IMG/VR virus record: IMGVR_UViG_3300027816_000108
Location: 1-63,869 of that record
Source: a virus
Taxonomy: Duplodnaviria; Caudoviricetes
Direction: 5' to 3' (one strand)
DNA length: 63,869 nucleotides
Shown here: piece after piece, positions 9,007-19,400 of the stretch
Layout: every line of letters begins with the position of its first letter
Numbering within the stretch: the first letter of the stretch is position 1
Program-made: the position numbers and the translations under genes
The notes under the pieces: model-generated
The model's database searches: none
What the model was told of the DNA's origin: nothing
Seen by the model: only the letters and a program-made list of their open reading frames with translations

Positions 9007-9234
9007 TTAGACACGTTCTAAATTACGGGCACGATAGTAACCTTCCTCAATATCAAGGTCTTTTTTCATGGTTTTTATTTCATCCTGAAGTTGGGGGATG
9101 CCCCAATTCTCAAACCTTTGTATGAGTTCACGTGTGTCGTACAACGATGCGTTGTCGAAATCCTGTCGCATTTTATAGCGCAGGTAATCCCAAAAGTCTA
9201 AATTCCCGCTTTCTCTTTCCATATCTTTTTCCAA
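9007..9234 (-). CDS. Hypothetical protein
   Basis: ORF in the minus-strand operon. Confidence 0.6.
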   Translation of the reverse strand: MEKDMERESGNLDFWDYLRYKMRQDFDNASLYDTRELIQRFENWGIPQLQDEIKTMKKDLDIEEGYYRARNLERV

Positions 9235-9313
9235 TTTTGTTCGTTGTGGTTTTTACCAAATGCGCTGTCTAACAGCAAGCTATACTCATCCAACAATTTT
9301 TCAAAAGCATCTT

Positions 9314-9808
9314 TTAGCTTTTCGTACTTGGCGGATTGTTGGCATCCGCAGTCTTTTTCGTCTTGCATTTTTTACAACTTATTTTAATAAACATGGGTTC
9401 ATCAACTGATATACCCAATGAATTTTCGATTTCATCAATCATTTGTTTGTGGGACTTGGATGCGTATTCGTATATTTTACCGCACCCAAAACACACAAGG
9501 TGTGAATGAAAAGGTTTGAAATGTGCGTTTTCATATACCGTTTCACCTGCCCACTTGTACTTAACCAATAAACCACACTCTGTAAGCCATTCAAGGCGTT
9601 CTGCGACATTTTTACGGGTAAAGCCATACAATCCTATACTAAAGTTATAGATGTCATTGTATGTAAAATGGTAATCTCCCGCATATAGATAATTAATAAA
9701 AGAGATAATACCTTCGGGAACTTTTTTACCAAATTTTTGCTTATACCAATCATAAAATATCCTACGTGCGTGTTCTTGCCTATAATCAATGTACTCAGGA
9801 TTAGACAT
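9314..9808 (-). CDS. fur: Fur-family metalloregulator
   Basis: HFT motif, L...GLL wing, HSHLVCFGCGKI and C-terminal CKKC; length typical of Fur/Zur/PerR. Confidence 0.8.
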   Translation of the reverse strand: MSNPEYIDYRQEHARRIFYDWYKQKFGKKVPEGIISFINYLYAGDYHFTYNDIYNFSIGLYGFTRKNVAERLEWLTECGLLVKYKWAGETVYENAHFKPFHSHLVCFGCGKIYEYASKSHKQMIDEIENSLGISVDEPMFIKISCKKCKTKKTADANNPPSTKS

Positions 9809-10337
9809 ACTCAAAATCAATATCTATGGTGTGTGGTGCTGTTTCATCACCCCCGAAATAAGGCCATGACATCCAACCTAAATCGGATTTTTCGTATTGC
9901 ATCCAATAGTTCAGCAGGTTCTCACGCTCAAAGTCAATATCAAAATGTACGATACCCCGTAAATTCATAACAAGCGAAAACTTGTAAACTTTACCAAAAT
10001 CCAACTCCACTATGGGTAGGTACATTTCCTTGCCGTAGTAAAACACTACCCCGTCTTTGTAAATGTACGGACATACCTCAATAGTATCATGTAACGGGTT
10101 GTATCTCCAACCGAACCTTACGCTATTCCAATGAACAGGGGGTTTAAATCCACCTTTAAACGAGGGGAACATACCGATAGTAAACCCAAACAGCTTGTTC
10201 CAATCTAATTGATTTTCAACTTCTTTGGTTTCATACCGTGCAGTATTGTTGAAACTGATATTAAACCGCACCCCGTCATAGGGGCAAATAAGTGACGGTA
10301 ATGCTAATGCGTGGTGTGTGTGTTTATAAATTTTCAT
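9801..10337 (-). CDS. Conserved hypothetical protein, probable beta-sandwich (ConA-like)
   Basis: WNKLFGF, NSVRFGWRY and PYFGG motifs. Confidence 0.6.
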   Translation of the reverse strand: MKIYKHTHHALALPSLICPYDGVRFNISFNNTARYETKEVENQLDWNKLFGFTIGMFPSFKGGFKPPVHWNSVRFGWRYNPLHDTIEVCPYIYKDGVVFYYGKEMYLPIVELDFGKVYKFSLVMNLRGIVHFDIDFERENLLNYWMQYEKSDLGWMSWPYFGGDETAPHTIDIDFEYV

Positions 10338-10656
10338 TTTCAAGTTCTCGGTTTGCTTTTTTGTAATTAATGTAGTACCTGCAAAAGTCATCAAACGAAC
10401 CACCTGCCGCATACGCAAAGTTAGCTAATGTGCTTACCGTTATTTGTGAAATCCACGTGGGGTGTTTCAGGTTCTGAACGTACCTCATGTTAATTTCAAT
10501 ATTGGTTGCTTTGCGCATACGGATTATAAGTGTTCGTATTGCGATGTCATCCCGCATACATATATCCTCAAGATAGTACGAGAATATGGTGCGGATTTCA
10601 ACCTCAAAACTTTTGTAGTTGACATTGCGTTTTTTATACTTACGCTTGTATTTCAC
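10324..10656 (-). CDS. Hypothetical, possible HTH protein
   Basis: Basic N-terminus and helical body. Confidence 0.55.
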   Translation of the reverse strand: MKYKRKYKKRNVNYKSFEVEIRTIFSYYLEDICMRDDIAIRTLIIRMRKATNIEINMRYVQNLKHPTWISQITVSTLANFAYAAGGSFDDFCRYYINYKKANRELENENL

Positions 10657-10675
10657 GTAATTAATTGATTACCAA

Positions 10676-11029
10676 TCAGAAGGGAAGCGAATCCGTTGGT
10701 TCGTCTTTATCAAACAATATGCTTTCGGGGGTGTCTTTACCCTCAACCTCACCCGTTGATTTGTTGATAAACGCAACGTCTGATGCTAACAATGCCATAA
10801 ACCATTGACCTTGCCATTCACGGGTGTCATAGCGGTATGTTACTTCTACCTGCTGACCTACGTGGCGTTCTTCGATAATGTCTGTACCTTCTTGTTTGAG
10901 TTCAAACACAATCTTTTCTAACTTTTCCTTTTCAAGTACGAACTTGCGTACATAGAATGGCTTGTTGGGGTCTTTACCACGATTTTCACGTTTACCAACC
11001 CAATGTAATTTTCCTGTTTCCGTCATCAT
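10676..11029 (-). CDS. Single-stranded DNA-binding protein (DUF3127-like)
   Basis: OB-fold-like pattern (REWQGQWF) and acidic tail ending DSLPF. Confidence 0.75.
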   Translation of the reverse strand: MMTETGKLHWVGKRENRGKDPNKPFYVRKFVLEKEKLEKIVFELKQEGTDIIEERHVGQQVEVTYRYDTREWQGQWFMALLASDVAFINKSTGEVEGKDTPESILFDKDEPTDSLPF

Positions 11030-11094
11030 AAAATGTTAATTATACCACAAAGGTAATACATAGTGTAATACCCTGCAAATTATTTTTGAAAAAA

Positions 11095-11223
11095 TTATCT
11101 TCCTTGTCTGTTGTATGCTTTTACTGATTCGTGCTTGTTGCGCTTTTTCTTCTGCACGCCTGTTTTCTTTTTACCGAAACTTACCTTACGTTGTTCTTTT
11201 GTGGGTTTGCCTACTTTTGCCAT
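11095..11223 (-). CDS. 42 aa highly basic peptide (not in the ORF track)
   Basis: MAKVGKPTKEQRKVSFGKKKTGVQKKKRNKHESVKAYNRQGR; TATATTTG promoter upstream. Confidence 0.6.
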   Translation of the reverse strand: MAKVGKPTKEQRKVSFGKKKTGVQKKKRNKHESVKAYNRQGR

Positions 11224-11247
11224 TTTTTAGTATTTCCCACAAATATA

Positions 11248-11412
11248 CTAAATACTGACTATATCTTCGTCACTATTCAATTCGCAAATCTTACCCCCTT
11301 CTGTTAGGTCTATAACGGTTACTATTGGGTCATCATCTTCTAAATATGTTACCATAATGGATAGCTGTAAATCACCCATTGAACCCATAACTTTAAATGC
11401 TGTTGAAATCAT
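11248..11412 (-). CDS. Small acidic hypothetical protein
   Basis: ATG 4 nt after TACATTTG (11424..11417). Confidence 0.6.
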   Translation of the reverse strand: MISTAFKVMGSMGDLQLSIMVTYLEDDDPIVTVIDLTEGGKICELNSDEDIVSI

Positions 11413-11459
11413 GCCACAAATGTAATACATTAATAGCATTATACAAAATGTATTTTTGC

Positions 11460-11978
11460 TCAATAGTTGATAGTGTCTAATACGCTTTGTATATAAGCCA
11501 AATCAGATTCATCCAATGAAAACCATTCACCACGCACTCTTTTTTCAGCGTATTTTTTGTGCAGGTTAGATTCTAATTTTCTTGAATTTTCGGTTTTACT
11601 CATGCCATAAAACAAAAGACTAATTGTTGGTCTTATTGAAAGCATAGTGTGTTCTCTGTATTTGGGGTCTTTAGATATGCCTATTTTGTAATAATTTGTT
11701 AATTCATCAAACATTACATATAGAAATGAACCGCTATTATTACCACTAACGGGGGCTTTTCCCGATACAAGGTTTAATAGTTCTTCTTCTAACAAACCCT
11801 CATTGATTTTGCTTATATCGTTTTCTTCTGCAAACTTAATTGTGTTTGAAATATATTTGCTTATCAATTCAGCATCGGTCTTTGATAAGTATTGGCAATA
11901 CCCGTTAAGGTTTATTATTATGCCGTTTTCTTGGTCTATGCCAAGTATAATTGGTTTAGAGAAATCCATAATCCGCAT
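11460..11978 (-). CDS. GIY-YIG/T5orf172 (MUG113-like) domain protein
   Basis: LYVM...YKIGISKDP..R...E..LHKKY..KRVRGEWF; start placed after the TATATTTG promoter. Confidence 0.8.
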   Translation of the reverse strand: MRIMDFSKPIILGIDQENGIIINLNGYCQYLSKTDAELISKYISNTIKFAEENDISKINEGLLEEELLNLVSGKAPVSGNNSGSFLYVMFDELTNYYKIGISKDPKYREHTMLSIRPTISLLFYGMSKTENSRKLESNLHKKYAEKRVRGEWFSLDESDLAYIQSVLDTINY

Positions 11979-12041
11979 ATTATTTAATGATACAAATATA
12001 CAATTTTTTAAAAAAACACTTGCATTTATATTTTTTTGTTG

Positions 12042-12149
12042 TACTTTTGTATTGCATTGCATGCGGCTTTGCGGTATATTTGTATCGAATTTCTTTTTGA
12101 AGTCATATAAGAATCCCTGCTGGCCGCATACAGTGGGGTTTTCTTTTTT
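12042..12149 (+). ncRNA. Promoter plus leader hairpin whose loop is complementary to the transcript 5' end (attenuator/antisense-like)
   Basis: TACTTTTG at 12042-12049; ATGCGGC at 12061-12067 pairs with loop GCCGCAT at 12123-12129; stem 12109-12145 ending in a T-run. Confidence 0.4.
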
Positions 12150-12445
12150 ATATGTACCCCACAAATGCATTTTTAGCTTGAAGCATAATGCGACCGTGAA
12201 AGTACGAGCAGATTCGTTGATGTTTGACGACAAAACATAATACCCTTTAAATGACGTGCAAGGACGAAACACTATCCTGCGTCAGCCATACAATACTCAG
12301 AACTCGCTTATACCGAAGTTAATTGGTTAGGGTGTTTCCATTCTTTCTTGTGGGGGTGGGGGTGGAAACACCTTTTCCTACCTCCAAGCCTTGAATCTGC
12401 TTACCCGAAGTTTAATATTGACTTGCTTATATCGGTAGAATAAGT

Positions 12446-12529
12446 GTGGTAGACAAAGACGTGGTAGACAAAGTTTGTTAGTATAGACAAGCTAATACAA
12501 TCAAAAAAAAGATTAGTAAAAAGATTAGT
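12446..12529. repeat. Iteron-like direct repeats
   Basis: GTGGTAGACAAAG at 12446 and 12461; AAAAAGATTAGT at 12506 and 12518. Confidence 0.6.
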
Positions 12530-12568
12530 TAATTTGAGAAAATAAAAGGTTTGTATTACATTTGCAGT

Positions 12569-12826
12569 ATGAAACAGGATTACGACTACATTAACCCCGA
12601 ACACTATCAAGTAGGAGATAAAGAGGTATGGCAGATGATGATTGACATTTGGGGTGTTGATGCGTTTATTAGCTTTTGCAGGTTAAACAGCTTTAAATAC
12701 AGAATGAGATTAGGCTTGAAACCCGAACAACCCATAGAGCGTGATTTAGAAAAAGCATTATGGTACGAAAATATGGCGAATAAGCTACTCAAGTCTAAAA
12801 ACAACGAAAGGTACGGGGGATGCTAA
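12569..12826 (+). CDS. DUF3310 / T7 gp1.7-like nucleotide kinase family protein
   Basis: INPEHY, FCRLNSFKYRMRLG.K, DLEKALWY. Confidence 0.8.
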   Translation: MKQDYDYINPEHYQVGDKEVWQMMIDIWGVDAFISFCRLNSFKYRMRLGLKPEQPIERDLEKALWYENMANKLLKSKNNERYGGC

Positions 12827-13014
12827 GATTGTTGATTAAAAAGCGTTATAGGGGCAAAAACGGGCATACCTACATCATAGATAACATTTGGTGGTTAAAA
12901 GGTGAGGTATCACACATTGACTTATCCGATGATAAGGGCAAGAAGTATAACATGATTGAACTGAAATGGCTTGATACCAAATTAGCATCAGGTGAACTTG
13001 AACCCATAAAATAA
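12820..13014 (+). CDS. Hypothetical protein
   Basis: Overlaps the previous gene and is followed by a terminator. Confidence 0.6.
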   Translation: MLRLLIKKRYRGKNGHTYIIDNIWWLKGEVSHIDLSDDKGKKYNMIELKWLDTKLASGELEPIK

Positions 13015-13015
13015 A

Positions 13016-13042
13016 AAAGCCCCGTAATTAATACAGGGCTTT
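13016..13042. terminator. Bidirectional terminator
   Basis: AAAGCCCCGTA/TACAGGGCTTT stem between convergent genes. Confidence 0.7.
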
Positions 13043-13065
13043 CATAACCATTTCCGTCCGATTGA

Positions 13066-13227
13066 CTAACTGCCGTAAATAAACTTATGCAAAATATCGT
13101 TCATATAAGCATTTACCGTAAGTCCTTCTTCCTCCGCTTTTTCCTTGATTTTGTGTTTGATGTCAAGGTTCTCTTTACTCAGCCTGATTACAAACATCTG
13201 AGTGCTTTGTTTTTTCTTTTCTTCCAT
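13066..13227 (-). CDS. Ribbon-helix-helix (Arc-like) DNA-binding protein
   Basis: FVIRL strand followed by IKEKAEEEGLTVNAYMNDIL helices. Confidence 0.7.
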   Translation of the reverse strand: MEEKKKQSTQMFVIRLSKENLDIKHKIKEKAEEEGLTVNAYMNDILHKFIYGS

Positions 13228-13262
13228 ACCGTACAATATTTTGTACAAACATAATACAATGT

Positions 13263-13703
13263 ATGACAAATTCCAAATTAGTGTCCGAAAAAATGTACAA
13301 CACTATTATCGAAAGGTGTTATTCTTCTGATAGTGAACTACTTGCAAAATATCACGTGCTTGCCCCCGCTATGTTATTCGATTGTGTTGAACACACGGTT
13401 GATGTATTCCGCAAAGCCATGAACTTTGAAATGTACGAAGTGTATGACGGTGATAACTTTGTGGGGTACTTCGGGCTTGAAAACTATTTTGGTGAAATAT
13501 TCCTTTGTGGGTTTTTTATCATGCCCGAATACCGAACCCCAGAATGGAAACGTAAATTCATTGACGAAATAAAATCACGTACCGATGGATTGATAAACTG
13601 CTTGTTATACATCAAAAATACACGGGGTATCAAATTCCTGCAAAATATGGGGTTTGAACTGTCCAAAATAAATGATGATGTAGTGTATTTGTTTTTTGAC
13701 TGA
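13263..13703 (+). CDS. GNAT-family acetyltransferase-like protein
   Basis: FFIMPEYR and KNTRGIKFLQNMGF motifs. Confidence 0.65.
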   Translation: MTNSKLVSEKMYNTIIERCYSSDSELLAKYHVLAPAMLFDCVEHTVDVFRKAMNFEMYEVYDGDNFVGYFGLENYFGEIFLCGFFIMPEYRTPEWKRKFIDEIKSRTDGLINCLLYIKNTRGIKFLQNMGFELSKINDDVVYLFFD

Positions 13704-13734
13704 AATGTATTACATTTGTAAAAAATTAAACAAC

Positions 13735-14133
13735 ATGAAACTTTTTAAGAAATTAAAACAAGATTTTGAACCACAACCGACACAAAACATTGACTTTTTT
13801 AATACTCAGTTTGGTGAAGTAAGAAGGATGTTAAACGAATTGAAAAGCGAAAACAATACTTTACAAAGTGATATTAAAAAGTTACGATTTGAAATTGATA
13901 ATCCGAAACCCCAAAATGGTGAGAGATTAATAATAAAAGATGAGCCATACATTGTTGTATCGTGCGAAATAGGTCTTTCCAATGTAAGCAGGTATCATCA
14001 TAGTGATGTAGCTTTAGAGATTGGGAAATATGGAGAATGCCCCGTTTGGGCTATTGGGGTTATAAAAGAAGGAACTTTTGACTTAAAAAAGGCTCTGTAT
14101 TACGGTAAGGGCGTATATAGATTTGTTTATTAA
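13735..14133 (+). CDS. Hypothetical protein
   Basis: ORF after TACATTTG promoter. Confidence 0.65.
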   Translation: MKLFKKLKQDFEPQPTQNIDFFNTQFGEVRRMLNELKSENNTLQSDIKKLRFEIDNPKPQNGERLIIKDEPYIVVSCEIGLSNVSRYHHSDVALEIGKYGECPVWAIGVIKEGTFDLKKALYYGKGVYRFVY

Positions 14134-14214
14134 ACAAATAGCGTGTTAAAGGTCTGAAAATCTTTATTTGCTTTTCTGCTGTGTGTGTATTATTTTTGTC
14201 TAAAATAACAGACA

Positions 14215-14994
14215 ATGCCAATAACAACAGGTGTAATAGCAGCAGGAGTTGGCCTGAAAGCAGTACAAGGCGGTATGGCTTATGCCCGTCAACGCAGGGC
14301 TGAAAAGCGGTTGGATGAACTTTCCAAACAGGCATTACCCCAATACAGCGCAACCCCACAATTACAGCGATATTACTCACAGGCTTTACGTGAAAGCCGT
14401 ACACCACAAGGATTTACCCCTGAGCAAACCGCAGCATTTGAAAGCGGTATGGGTAAAACCATAAACGCACGTATGGCAGCAGCACGTGGTATGGCAGGTG
14501 GTCAATTAAACCGTGCAGTACGTGGTACAAGCATAGCAGACCAATTGGCATCGCTTAATCAGTTTGCAGCGCAGGATGCGGCTATTGCCCGTCAAAACAG
14601 AATGTCAGCATTAGGTCGTTTAGGTTCGGCTACAAGCCAAATGCAAAACCTTGCAAACCAAAACGTATCGAATTTGTATCAACGCAGAATGATGACCGAA
14701 CAGGGTTTAGGCGCAGCCATACAGCAAAACCGTGATATTTGGCAACAAGCCATAGGTGATACAGGTAGTGATTTGATGAGCGCAGGTGTAAAAATGTACG
14801 GTTATGAAAATGCGTATGGCGATACAGGTGCAAGAAGCGCAAGAAACATATCAAAATCTTCTATTGATAGGTCAACAAGACCCGAAAAGTTTTTTGACCC
14901 CGAAACTCGTCAATATTCATTTGATGGTGGTGCTCAGAACGCTGGATTAAACAGACAGTATCTGAGAACACTTTATGGTTATGATAATAAGTAA
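14215..14994 (+). CDS. Putative internal virion/ejection protein
   Basis: Ala/Gln/Gly-rich with an N-terminal hydrophobic GxxxG-like helix; first gene of the ejection cluster. Confidence 0.6.
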   Translation: MPITTGVIAAGVGLKAVQGGMAYARQRRAEKRLDELSKQALPQYSATPQLQRYYSQALRESRTPQGFTPEQTAAFESGMGKTINARMAAARGMAGGQLNRAVRGTSIADQLASLNQFAAQDAAIARQNRMSALGRLGSATSQMQNLANQNVSNLYQRRMMTEQGLGAAIQQNRDIWQQAIGDTGSDLMSAGVKMYGYENAYGDTGARSARNISKSSIDRSTRPEKFFDPETRQYSFDGGAQNAGLNRQYLRTLYGYDNK

Positions 14995-15003
14995 AATCAC
15001 ACT

Positions 15004-16443
15004 ATGCCCGTAAATTTAGGAGAAGCAATAGGACTTGGCTCAAGACAACGTATCCGCAGCGGTGAATTAACGCAAGGCGTAAAGGATTTTATACAGCTTG
15101 ACCAACAGAAACGTGCAAGGCAAGCGGCAAAAGAAGCCGAAGACCAAAAGTACGCAGATGAAATTTATAAGTCATTGACCCTGAAAGTGGGTAAATTAAA
15201 CCAACCCCGTACAGAAGAAGCTATGCGAACTGTATCGGAATTTGCGGTAAACACCCGCAACAAAGAGGGTAAGATTGACAGGTTAAAAGCACAAACCGAG
15301 TTTGAAAAGGCAACAGCCCGATTACAGGCATTAAACAAAGAGCAGGAAGTAGATGATGATAACGCAAAAGTGTACCAAACAAACAGAAACGCATTTGGTG
15401 GCATGAATGTGTTGCAGTATGGTGAGGTAATAAAAAATGACCCATACTTAGCTACACGCATTTATCAAGATTCAGGATTTAATGTGCCGATACTTAAAGG
15501 TGTAAAATATGTTGACCCCACTACATTTGAAAATCAAACCGCTGAAACGTTGATGAAACAAAAGCAACCCGTTTCAACGGGTAAGACATTAGGGGGTAGT
15601 TTGGTTACAAAACGCATGCTAACCCAACAAGATGCAATAGACCTTGCAACAGCCAATGTGGGTGACGGTTCAACAGATTACGCAATTAGCTTGTACTCAC
15701 AGAACAAGCCTGAGATATTTAGAATTGCAGAAGAAAAGATGCAGAAAGACCCCAACCTAAGCGGGGATTTAGCTATAACATCAGCAATGGTTGATTTAGC
15801 AACCAAAAGGTTTTTAAGTCAAGGGCAATGGTTTGATACCGTAGGACTGCGTAGTTCACGTGACGGGGGTAGTGGAGGTAAACTAAAAAAAGGTTGGAAC
15901 ACAGGTGTTCAAGCCGAAAACCTCGCTTATGAAGAACAGGCAGCACCAACAACCCCATACGATGAATTACTTGGGCCGCAAAAAGGTCAAAAGAAAGGTG
16001 ATGTAGTTGGATTTGCAAAAGATTCAGGTCGTAGTGTTAATGACTACAAAGGGTTTTTATCAAACATACCAAGAGTTGACCCAGTCGCAGCAGATGAATC
16101 AACCAAAAAAATAGTATTGACATATCAGGGTGGTAATGTAACAAACACAGATATATTGTATTTTGTGCAAGACCCGATAACCCGTAAGTGGTTTGCAAAG
16201 GTTTCAGATGAAACAGCAAGCAAAATGTTTGGTGAAAGACTACTTAGTTCAGCAGGTTTGATACCCCTTAAAGAACAAGATTACGGTGCAATAGCATCAG
16301 CATACGGGGAAAAGAAAGAAAATTTTGTTAAGTTGCTTAACGAAACATCTGCCAAATACCTACCCAAAACGGGGGGTACAACAGAAAAGAAAGCGACAAC
16401 AGGAAGTAAACAATCAACCGTTACGGGTGGTAAAGTAAGATAG
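15004..16443 (+). CDS. Putative internal virion/ejection protein
   Basis: Position and coiled-coil N-terminus. Confidence 0.5.
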   Translation: MPVNLGEAIGLGSRQRIRSGELTQGVKDFIQLDQQKRARQAAKEAEDQKYADEIYKSLTLKVGKLNQPRTEEAMRTVSEFAVNTRNKEGKIDRLKAQTEFEKATARLQALNKEQEVDDDNAKVYQTNRNAFGGMNVLQYGEVIKNDPYLATRIYQDSGFNVPILKGVKYVDPTTFENQTAETLMKQKQPVSTGKTLGGSLVTKRMLTQQDAIDLATANVGDGSTDYAISLYSQNKPEIFRIAEEKMQKDPNLSGDLAITSAMVDLATKRFLSQGQWFDTVGLRSSRDGGSGGKLKKGWNTGVQAENLAYEEQAAPTTPYDELLGPQKGQKKGDVVGFAKDSGRSVNDYKGFLSNIPRVDPVAADESTKKIVLTYQGGNVTNTDILYFVQDPITRKWFAKVSDETASKMFGERLLSSAGLIPLKEQDYGAIASAYGEKKENFVKLLNETSAKYLPKTGGTTEKKATTGSKQSTVTGGKVR

Positions 16444-16450
16444 CTTATAT

Positions 16451-19400
16451 ATGGAACAGCAAGACCCAATAAAAGACGCTCTTAGAGATTTTGTTGCCAC
16501 GTCTAATAGTGGCAAATATAGCAGTGAAGATGAATTGCTATCTAAATTTCCCGAGTTAAAAGGCTTTGATAAACAAGTTTTACGGGATTTTGTTGCTACA
16601 TCAAATAGTGGTAAATACAAAACAGAAGAAGAAATATTTTCAAAATTCCCTGAGTTTCAGGACATTAAAAAAAAAATACCTACAGAACCTACTACGTCCG
16701 TTTCAAAGAGTGGTGGAGTACCCACTTCCCCGTTAATATTTACATCAGCATCAGAATCACCCGAAGGGAAACCTAAGACATTTGGTGAGATTGGGGGCGC
16801 ACCGCCTAAACCAAAGGCACTAAAGGAAACTTTAATTTCTCCAAAACCGCAAGAACAACCCACCTTTGGTGAATTAGCCGAACAGGGTAAGATAAAGCGT
16901 GAAGAAAATAAAGACAAGTATGCTGTATTTCAAGGGTATGAGGGATTGCAAAGCGAACTTAGTGCTATTGATAAAGCCCTTAATTCAAGTGAAATAAAGA
17001 ACGCATCCCGCTATGTAGATAAGGCAGAAAAGGATTACTTGCTTAATAGAAAAGCGGAGTTGGAGAATAAACGGCTAACAACCAAGCAAAACGCTACATT
17101 AAACTACAAGCAAACACAAGCAGAGTTAGATAAATTCATACAAGGCGACATCAAGACAAACGGGCTTGATTATTTTACAAGAGTAAACAATAGTGGTTTT
17201 AAAGTAGCCGACCCCGAAAAAATTGATGAGTGGGCAAAGAACCTTTCCATGATGTCGGGGATGTCCGATGAGGGGTATTTCAAGGATTTGGCTTACAATA
17301 AAATGAAATCCAATATTCAGTATGAAATAGCCAAGCCCGAAATTGAAAAGACATTTAATTCATTGTATGAAAAGAAGTATGGCAAAAAAACACAGCAAGA
17401 CATACAAGCAGAGTTTGAAAAAACATTTAAGGCGCAGCAGGATATAGAGCAACAGCTAACATTGCAGGTTTCATCGGTTGTTAATCAGATAAAGCAATCG
17501 CAGCAAGCGGATATTAACCAAATAAAAAACACATATCAACCCCAATTAGATGCACTTAATGTTGGGTATGAACAGCAAACACAAGAAATAAAAACCCAAG
17601 CTAATGCTTTAAATCAACTTTATACCACAAAGCAAATATCCTATGAGGATTATGTTCGAGGTATAAACGAATTAAACGCAGGCATACAGCAATCAAACGT
17701 TCAATACAAAGAGCAATTTAATGCAGCAGCAACAGAATACCTTAATGCACAGCGTGAACTAAACGGTAAATATGCTGCAAGGTACAAAAGGCAGGTTGCT
17801 GAATTAAAGGCAATGGCTGATAATAGATTAAAGCAAGAGTTAGCCAAATACCAAAAAGAATACAAAATATCACCCGAACTTCAAAAGCGATACAATGATA
17901 CGTGGAAAGAAGCCACCAATGTGTTTGCTGAAAGCGAAGAGGGGCTAAAACGTGGGTTGGATGAATTAAAACCGTCATCTTATGTTTTTGCTCAATCCGT
18001 AATAAGTGGGCTTGGTGGTGCTGTAAGTTCTTTGTCAACATCACTTGGGTATGACGGTGGTAAGGTTATGGGGGATTACCTATCAAGTATGTTTACCCTA
18101 TCAAACCCCGAAATAAAAGAAGCAAAAGACCTTTTAGATTTAACCAAACTTTCTCGTTCAACGGGTGAAATGATTGGTGGTATGTTGCCAATAATGGCTG
18201 CACAAGCAATTACAGCAACAGCAACGGGTGGTTTATCAATACCCACTCAATTAGCATTACAAGGGGGTGTTGCGTTTACGGTTGAAACCGCACAGTTGGG
18301 CGGTGCTATGTACGATGAAACATTTGAAAGAACGGGTAATGTTGCAGAAGCAGAAAAAGCAGCAGCAAAGGTAATACAAGGAAACTTATATCTTTTACCA
18401 CTTTATGCAGTAGACGGTCTTCCATTCATAGACAATGCAACTTTAGGACTTAAAAATATTTTCTTAAAGGGTGCAGCCAAAGGTGGTGTTGAAGTAGCAA
18501 CCGAACTCCCACAAGAGTTTTTTCAGGGGGCTTTTGAAGATTTAGCCCGTTCAAACAAAGATATTAGTCAAATAGGTGAAAACATAACATTAGATAGGCT
18601 TGAAAATACGTTGCTAAACATAGTTCCGTCATCTTTTGCTATGGGTGCAACCCCTACATATTTGGGGGACATGAAAAACTTATGGACTAAAATTGAAGCT
18701 AAATCATTAGCAGCCAAACACGATTTAAGCAAATTATCAGAAACCGCTGTTCAGCAGTATATGTATGATATGTACCTTAGATATGGGGAATCGTTTTCTA
18801 AAGCATACTTATCGGGTTTGTACCAAAGCAACAAAATTGATGAAGTACAAGCAAAGCGTCTTACAGATATATTAGATTCAGCCAAAACCGTTATTGAAAA
18901 CTCAGAAAGGTTTAAACTAACAAAAGGGCAAAGTAAGGTATATGCAGCATTACTGTTTGATTACGAAAACGCTAAAACAGAAGCAGAATCAGCCACAGAT
19001 GAAATAGTAAAAGATTCGCTTAACAAAAAAGCCAATCAATTAAAAGCAATAGCATCAGATTATCTTTCAAACAAAAATGCTGAATTTGCGGTAATAGTAT
19101 TACCTAACAATGAACAATATGTTGTAACATTGCAGGAAGCAACCGATATGTTAGATGATGCAAGTTTTTCTAACAAGGTAAGGGCTAATGAGGTAAAGAT
19201 AGTACCACAATCAACTCAAAAAACAGAACAATTTAATACTTTAGAAAACAGATTAAAAACCATAGCAAATGAACCCATTACAAGAACTGACGAAGGAAGA
19301 GTTACTACAACTGAAGAACCAATTAGAGCAGCAGCTACAACAGGTGAAGAAGGAGTACAGGAAACGAATGTACCTATTGGAGAAGAAGTAGTCCAAACAG

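Noticed and set aside
11979-12272. N-terminal extension of the 270 aa ORF 11460..12272 and the opposite-strand ORF 11803..12240
   Set aside because: The extension runs through divergent promoters and a hairpin; the real start is likely 11978 or 11969.
12250-12290. Hammerhead-like ATGA...GACGAAAC
   Set aside because: Lacks the CUGANGA core and flanking stems.
13048-13060. CCATTTCCGTCCG repeated at 41009-41021, both near terminators
   Set aside because: Only two copies, on different sides of the hairpins; may be chance.
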